A stretch of 33,586 nt of DNA from Nitrospiraceae bacterium (lineage in GTDB: Bacteria; Nitrospirota; Nitrospiria; Nitrospirales; Nitrospiraceae). Below the pieces are notes generated by a model. That model had not been told where the DNA came from. It searched no databases and saw only the letters and a list, made by a program, of their open reading frames with translations. The stretch covers positions 1 through 33,586 of the forward strand of contig JBBIQV010000034.1 of the NCBI GenBank assembly GCA_037442105.1. Reading direction: 5' to 3'. This document shows, piece by piece, positions 28,232-33,586 of the stretch; the stretch's first letter is position 1; the number at the start of each line of letters is the position of its first letter. Both the position numbers and the translations under genes were made by a program.

Positions 28232-29740
28232 ATGGGTCTCGAGATTGCTATTGCTATTGCACGCGAGGAGACTCGCGTCGCCGTGTTGGACAACGGTGTC
28301 GTCACCGATCTCTACGGGGACCGCGCCAAACATAAAGACTTCGTCGGCAATATTTATAAAGGCCGGGTCGCGAAAGTCTTGCCGGGAATGCAGGCTGCGT
28401 TCGTCGACATCGGGATGGAGAAGGCGGCGTTCATGCATGTTTCCGATCTCTCGATGGAGACGGAGCCCGGCGATACGTTGATGGACGGAGACGACGACGA
28501 TCGGGAATCCGATATGCCCAAGCCCAAGCGGCAGAGTTCCAAGCCCATCGAGCAACTGCTTAGCGAAGGGCAGGAGCTGATGGTGCAGATTTCCAAGGGG
28601 CCGATCGGGACCAAGGGGCCGCGCGTCACGACCTACGTGTCGCTGCCGGGGCGGTACTTGGTCTTCATGCCGAGCGTCGAGCACATCGGGGTGTCGCGGC
28701 GTATTCCTCGGGATGAGGAGCGAGCCCGCTTGAAAGACATCATGAAGCGGGTACGCCGGCCTGGGTGCGGTTATATCGTCAGAACCGTCAGCGAAGGAGT
28801 GAAGGAAGACGAATTGCGGTCCGATGTCGAATTTCTGCATGTGCTCTGGCAGGACATCTTGGCGAAACGCGATCAGCTGGAGGCGCCCGCACTGCTTCAC
28901 ACGGACCTCAGTCTGAGTTTCCGTGTGGTCCGGGATCTCTTCAGCAAAAAGGTCGACCGGCTGCTGATCGACTCGCGAAGCGAGTACGAGGCGGTCCGGG
29001 ACTTCGTCCAGCGCTTCTCGCCGGAGCAGACTGCGCGTATCCACTACTACGACAAAGAGGAGCCGCTGTTTGACCACCTCGGTATCGAACAGGAAATTGC
29101 GCGCGCGCTCAGCCGGCGAGTCTGGCTGAAGTCGGGCGGCTATCTCGTGATCGACCACACCGAGGCGATGACGGTGATCGACGTTAATACAGGACGCTTC
29201 GTCGGCAAACGGGATCAGGAAGAGACGATTCTCCGGAACAACCTGGAAGCGGCCAGGGAGATCGCCTATCAGGTCAAATTGCGCGGCATTGGCGGCATCA
29301 TCATCGTCGACTTCATCGACATGGAGCGGGAAAAGAACCGGGATAAGGTCTATCACGCGCTCATCGAGGCGATGGGACCGGACAAGGCGAGAACGCGCAT
29401 CTCCCGCATATCCGACCTCGGCTTGATCGAGATCTCGCGCGAGCGGGTGCGGGAGGATTTGCTTCGGTCCCTGTCCGAACCTTGCCACTATTGCGAGGGA
29501 CGCGGTTATACGAAATCGCCCACCACCATCGTCTATGAGATTTTCCGCGAGCTCCGGCGCATCGGGAGCGAGGCCGATCAGCAGCGGATCGTGATCGGAG
29601 CGCATCCCACGGTGGCAGGCCTGCTGCAAGATGAAGAGCGGCATGGCCTCGAAGACCTCGAACGCCGGTGTTCGGCCCGCATCATCGTGACCGCCGACGA
29701 CAAACTGCATCTGGAACAGTTTGATGTGGCGGTGTTGTGA
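28232..29740 (+). CDS. rng: Ribonuclease E/G family (RNase G-like)
   Basis: GNIYKGRV..VLPGMQAAFVDIG, IDVNTG, GGIIIVDFIDM, CxxC.G.G; 502 aa with no long C-terminal tail. Confidence 0.92.
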   Translation: MGLEIAIAIAREETRVAVLDNGVVTDLYGDRAKHKDFVGNIYKGRVAKVLPGMQAAFVDIGMEKAAFMHVSDLSMETEPGDTLMDGDDDDRESDMPKPKRQSSKPIEQLLSEGQELMVQISKGPIGTKGPRVTTYVSLPGRYLVFMPSVEHIGVSRRIPRDEERARLKDIMKRVRRPGCGYIVRTVSEGVKEDELRSDVEFLHVLWQDILAKRDQLEAPALLHTDLSLSFRVVRDLFSKKVDRLLIDSRSEYEAVRDFVQRFSPEQTARIHYYDKEEPLFDHLGIEQEIARALSRRVWLKSGGYLVIDHTEAMTVIDVNTGRFVGKRDQEETILRNNLEAAREIAYQVKLRGIGGIIIVDFIDMEREKNRDKVYHALIEAMGPDKARTRISRISDLGLIEISRERVREDLLRSLSEPCHYCEGRGYTKSPTTIVYEIFRELRRIGSEADQQRIVIGAHPTVAGLLQDEERHGLEDLERRCSARIIVTADDKLHLEQFDVAVL

Positions 29741-29752
29741 TGGGCGATTGAC

Positions 29753-30892
29753 GTGACAGGATGCGCAGTGGCGACGACCTCGTTGCGGGCCTGGCTGGAG
29801 TTGCGGGCCATCGAAGGACTCGGCGATGTCGGGCTTGTGCGATGCGTCCGGGCGCTTGGCGGCGCTGAGGCGGTACGGAACGCCTCGACCGATGCGCTGC
29901 TCAAAATCGGATGCAGCCCTGTATTGGCGGAGCGAATCCAACGAGGACCGGACGCTCAAGTCCGTCGCCAGATTGACCGAGAGCTACAAGCGATAGAACG
30001 GGTGAAGGTGACCGTCTTGACCTGCCTTGATGCGGCTTATCCCGAGCGTTTGACCATGATCCCGGACCCGCCGCCGCTCTTGTATGTCACGGGAAAGCTC
30101 GATCGGCGCGACAACTATGCCGTGGCGATCGTGGGCGCGCGGCGAGCTACTCCGGCGGGACGGGTATTGACGGAAGAACTAAGTCGAGACCTTGCAACGG
30201 CTGGATTCACGATTGTGAGCGGATTGGCACGCGGAGTCGATGCGGCGGCCCATCGAGGTGCCTTGTCGGCGAAGGGGCGCACCTTGGCGGTTCTCGGCTG
30301 CGGCGCCGACCTGACCTACCCGCCGGAGCACAAGAAGCTGCGGGAGGAAATCCAGGCGAGCGGTGCGGTGATTTCTGAATTGCCGATCGGGGCCGCCCCG
30401 CATAGTTACCATTTCCCCCGGCGCAATCGTATTATCAGCGGGCTGTCTTTCGGCGTGGTGGTGACGGAAGCCGCCGTGCAGAGCGGGTCCCTCATCACGG
30501 CGAAGCTGGCTGCCGAGCAAGGCCGAGAGGTCTTCGCCGTTCCCGGTCCTGTCAAAGGGGAAAACAGCGGCGGGCCTCATGGCTTGATCAAGCAGGGGGC
30601 AAAACTGGTGGAACGGGCGCAAGATGTTATCGACGAATTGCTTCCGCAACTTGACGGATCGTTCCGGGCGCGAGCGGCAGGTGCGTCCGGGGGCGCACCG
30701 CGACATTCCAAGTCGGAATTGGGAAAATCGGAGGCGCGAGTGTATGATGCCCTCTCGTATGAGCCGATGCATGTGGACGCGGTGATCGAGAAGACGGGCT
30801 TGGCAGCATCGGAAGTAACGGCGCTGTTGCTCGCGCTGGAGCTTAAAGAGTATGTGCGGCAGCTCCCCGGTCACACGTATCTTCGACTCTGA
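29753..30892 (+). CDS. dprA: DNA-processing protein DprA
   Basis: AIVGAR, VSGLARGVD, FPRRNRIISG, SGSLITA, GREVFAVPG and C-terminal winged helix. Confidence 0.95.
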   Translation: MTGCAVATTSLRAWLELRAIEGLGDVGLVRCVRALGGAEAVRNASTDALLKIGCSPVLAERIQRGPDAQVRRQIDRELQAIERVKVTVLTCLDAAYPERLTMIPDPPPLLYVTGKLDRRDNYAVAIVGARRATPAGRVLTEELSRDLATAGFTIVSGLARGVDAAAHRGALSAKGRTLAVLGCGADLTYPPEHKKLREEIQASGAVISELPIGAAPHSYHFPRRNRIISGLSFGVVVTEAAVQSGSLITAKLAAEQGREVFAVPGPVKGENSGGPHGLIKQGAKLVERAQDVIDELLPQLDGSFRARAAGASGGAPRHSKSELGKSEARVYDALSYEPMHVDAVIEKTGLAASEVTALLLALELKEYVRQLPGHTYLRL

Positions 30893-30980
30893 TGGACCGT
30901 GTGAGTCTGGATCAGGTTGATTTGCTATACTTCTTGGGAGCGCCGGCTCCTGCGTGACCATGAAAGGACACAACAACACG

Positions 30981-33317
30981 ATGGCTAAATCTCTTGTCAT
31001 TGTAGAATCCCCCACCAAGGCGCGCACCATTACAAAGTATTTGGGGCGTGGCTACGCGGTTGTGGCCTCCGTGGGTCATGTGAAGGATTTGCCGACGAGC
31101 AAGCTCGGAGTCGACATCGAGCGTGACTTTGAACCCCAGTACGTCACGATCAAGGGGAAGTCCAAGGTGCTGGCCGAGATCAAGAAAAAGGCGGAAGAGG
31201 CGGAGAAAGTATTTCTTGCCCCTGACCCTGACCGCGAGGGTGAAGCGATCGCCTGGCACATTGCGCAGGAGATCGGCGGGAAACGGAAGAAGAAGGACGG
31301 CAAGGTGTTTCGTGTGCTGTTCAACGAAATCACCGAATCGGCCATCAAGCGGGCATTGCAATCTCCCGGGCAGATCGACATGAAGTTGGTGCATGCGCAG
31401 CAGGCGCGCCGGGTGGTGGATCGGATCGTCGGTTATCAAGGGAGCCAATTGCTCTGGAACAAAGTCCGCCGCGGTCTCAGCATGGGGCGCGTCCAGTCGG
31501 TGGCGGTGAAACTGATCTGCGACCGCGAACAGGAGCGCGAAGCGTTTCGCGCAGAAGAATACTGGTCCGTTACGGCGACGTTGGCCGGCGCACAGCCCCC
31601 ATCGTTCGAAGCCAAGCTCCACAGCGTCAACGGGCAAGATGCATCGATCGCCTCGGGCGAGGAGGCGCAACGCATTGTTGAGGCGATCAAAGGGAAAGAG
31701 TTCGTCGTCCAGACGATCGAGCGGAAAGAGAAGCGCCGGAACCCGGTCGCCCCTTTCATTACGAGCCGGCTCCAACAGGAGGCTGCCCGGAAGCTGCACT
31801 TCACGCCGAAGAAGACGATGACGTTGGCGCAGCAACTCTATGAAGGCATCGACATCGGTTCAGAAGGGCCGACGGGGTTGATCACGTATATGCGAACGGA
31901 CTCGCCGCGTATCTCGAACGAAGCGATGGAGGAGGCGCGACAGGTCATCCGGGCTCGGTTTGGGGCTGAGTATTTGCCGGAGACCCCGAACGTCTATAAA
32001 ACCCAAAAAGCGGCGCAGGAGGCGCATGAAGCGATCCGCCCGACCTCGGCCTCTCGCGATCCCGAATCGATCCGGCAATACCTGGAGCCCGACGTCTACA
32101 ATTTGTACAAGCTCATCTGGAATCGCTTCATCGCGTCGCAGATGGTCCCGGCGATCTTGGACGTGACCCGAGTGGAAACGGCGCCGGCCGGCACCAAAGA
32201 ACGGTACTTGTTTCGCTCGACCGGCACCGTTGTGAAATTCCCCGGCCATACTGCTGTGTACCTGGAAGGGACCGATAAGGAACTCGCTGCGCAGAAACCG
32301 AAGAACGAGCAAGAGCCTGAAGAAGATACGGAGCGTCTGTTGCCTGTGCTGAATGAAAGCGAACGGCTGCGACTCGTTTCCCAGGAAGGCCAGACGGTGC
32401 CAGGCTTGAGCTCGAAACAGCACTTCACCCAGCCGCCCCCTCGCTACAATGAAGCGTTGTTGATTCGCGAACTGGAGGAAAAGGGCATCGGGCGGCCGTC
32501 CACGTATGCCTCGATCATTTCCACCATTCAGGACCGGAAGTATGTGGAGAAAATCGAGGGCCGGTTCGCGCCGACCGAGACGGGCCGAACCGTCAATGAT
32601 TTTCTGATGAAAGGCTTTCCGGATCTCATCAACGAAGATTTCACCTCTCAGATGGAGGAAGAGTTGGATGAGATCGAGGAGGGTAACAAGGCGTGGGCGG
32701 AGGCGGTCAGGGATTTCTACGTGCCCTTCACGAAGGATATCGAGAAGGCGAAAACCATCCCGGGTCCAAAGGATGCCGTGGAACCTCCAACGGGCGTCAT
32801 GTGCGAGAAATGCGGGCGGGAAATGGAGATCAAATGGGGCCGCAACGGAAAGTTCCTGGCCTGCCCCGGCTACAAAGCCGACCCTCCCTGCAAGAACACG
32901 CAAAACTTTGAAAAGTTGCCGGACGGGACGATCAAGATCGTTCCCAAGTTGGAACTCACGACGGATGAAAAGTGCGAGAAATGCGGCAGCCCGATGGTCG
33001 TGAAGACCGGACGGTTCGGCAAGTTCCTCGCGTGCTCGGCCTACCCGGATTGTAAGACCACGAAGCCAATTGCCCTCGGTGTGAAATGCCCCTCACCAGG
33101 ATGTGGCGGGGATTTGGTGCAAAAGCGGACGCGCAAAGGCCGGTCCTTTTATTCCTGCAGCCGCTATCCCCAGTGCGAGTTTGCTCTCTGGGACCGCCCC
33201 GTCAACAAAGCCTGTCCGACTTGCAAGGCGCCGTTCCTTGTCGAAAAGGTCAACAAGCAAGCCGGTAGGATCATTCAATGCCAGAACGAGGAGTGCGGCT
33301 ACAAGGAAGCCAGTTGA
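30981..33317 (+). CDS. topA: DNA topoisomerase I
   Basis: LVIVESP, DPDREGE, GRVQS, ITYMRTDS, AHEAIRPT, GIGRPST and C-terminal Zn ribbons; ATG at 30981 chosen. Confidence 0.97.
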   Translation: MAKSLVIVESPTKARTITKYLGRGYAVVASVGHVKDLPTSKLGVDIERDFEPQYVTIKGKSKVLAEIKKKAEEAEKVFLAPDPDREGEAIAWHIAQEIGGKRKKKDGKVFRVLFNEITESAIKRALQSPGQIDMKLVHAQQARRVVDRIVGYQGSQLLWNKVRRGLSMGRVQSVAVKLICDREQEREAFRAEEYWSVTATLAGAQPPSFEAKLHSVNGQDASIASGEEAQRIVEAIKGKEFVVQTIERKEKRRNPVAPFITSRLQQEAARKLHFTPKKTMTLAQQLYEGIDIGSEGPTGLITYMRTDSPRISNEAMEEARQVIRARFGAEYLPETPNVYKTQKAAQEAHEAIRPTSASRDPESIRQYLEPDVYNLYKLIWNRFIASQMVPAILDVTRVETAPAGTKERYLFRSTGTVVKFPGHTAVYLEGTDKELAAQKPKNEQEPEEDTERLLPVLNESERLRLVSQEGQTVPGLSSKQHFTQPPPRYNEALLIRELEEKGIGRPSTYASIISTIQDRKYVEKIEGRFAPTETGRTVNDFLMKGFPDLINEDFTSQMEEELDEIEEGNKAWAEAVRDFYVPFTKDIEKAKTIPGPKDAVEPPTGVMCEKCGREMEIKWGRNGKFLACPGYKADPPCKNTQNFEKLPDGTIKIVPKLELTTDEKCEKCGSPMVVKTGRFGKFLACSAYPDCKTTKPIALGVKCPSPGCGGDLVQKRTRKGRSFYSCSRYPQCEFALWDRPVNKACPTCKAPFLVEKVNKQAGRIIQCQNEECGYKEAS

Positions 33318-33399
33318 ATCTCGCCTCAGCCCGCTAAGAAAACTCCCGCCACGATGACCAACCTTCTTTGTAGACGCGTTGAGGCCTTTCATTTTCAGA

Positions 33400-33422
33400 A
33401 ATTGAAAACTGTTTTCATTATC
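33400..33422. promoter_or_regulatory. Fur-like operator
   Basis: Perfect 7-1-7 palindrome TGAAAAC-T-GTTTTCA (33403-33417); minus strand reads GATAATGAAAACAGTTTTC. Confidence 0.6.
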
Positions 33423-33436
33423 TACGTAGAAACACC

Positions 33437-33466
33437 TTGACAGTCCGGATCGTAGAGCCTGATAAT
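33437..33466 (+). promoter_or_regulatory. Sigma70-type promoter
   Basis: TTGACA (33437-33442), 18 nt spacer, GATAAT (33461-33466). Confidence 0.6.
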
Positions 33467-33560
33467 GTCGTCGTCAACCTACTGGCTGACAGTTTCGTCT
33501 ATCAGTGAGCGCCCCCGAGCGCCCCGCCTCTCTCAACACTTCTCAAAGGAGGGACTCGCC

Positions 33561-33586
33561 ATGAAAGCCAAAGAGGGCGTCATCGA
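33561..33586 (+). CDS. Partial CDS (MKAKEGVI...), possibly bacterioferritin
   Basis: AAGGAGG SD then ATG; only 8 codons visible; product guessed from the N-terminus and the upstream Fur-like box. Confidence 0.4.

Noticed and set aside
28169..29959. 596-aa minus-strand ORF and similar long antisense ORFs (9903-11000, 13051-14013, 30912-31835, 31860-32903)
   Set aside because: Shadow frames of well-supported plus-strand genes, expected in GC-rich DNA.

Overview
GC-rich bacterial chromosome segment, probably Nitrospira/Nitrospirota (inferred from gene order and protein style, not from a search). The backbone, left to right: a broken Lcl/DUF1566-like gene, rnpB (RNase P RNA) overlapped antisense by a glutaredoxin-like gene, ilvB-ilvN-ilvC-psd-pssA, a Leu T-box, leuA, a cupin, leuB, an NHL-repeat protein, asd, DUF2905 and a SpoIID/LytB gene; then a ~6.3 kb accessory island; then queA, a SurA-N-like gene, an RDD gene, mreBCD-mrdA-rodA-rng-dprA-topA and the first codons of a gene behind a Fur-like box. 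The island (~13843-20149) is the unusual part. (1) It holds a minus-strand tandem array in which small cargo modules (HigBA, HicB-HicA, a nuclease-like ORF, a secreted ORF) alternate with 3-4 synonymously diverged copies of the last ~45-55 codons of a Ppx/GppA gene; no integrase and no full ppx are in the window. (2) Up to seven copies of a ~25-bp motif (...TGCAAGACCTGACCCC) linked to a truncated RAYT/IS200-like transposase bound the modules. (3) Two ~185-bp MITEs with unrelated TIRs but a similar structured core each interrupt a TA toxin gene. (4) Three of four toxins are broken while all four antitoxins look intact. Family assignments come from motif recognition only; no database search was run.
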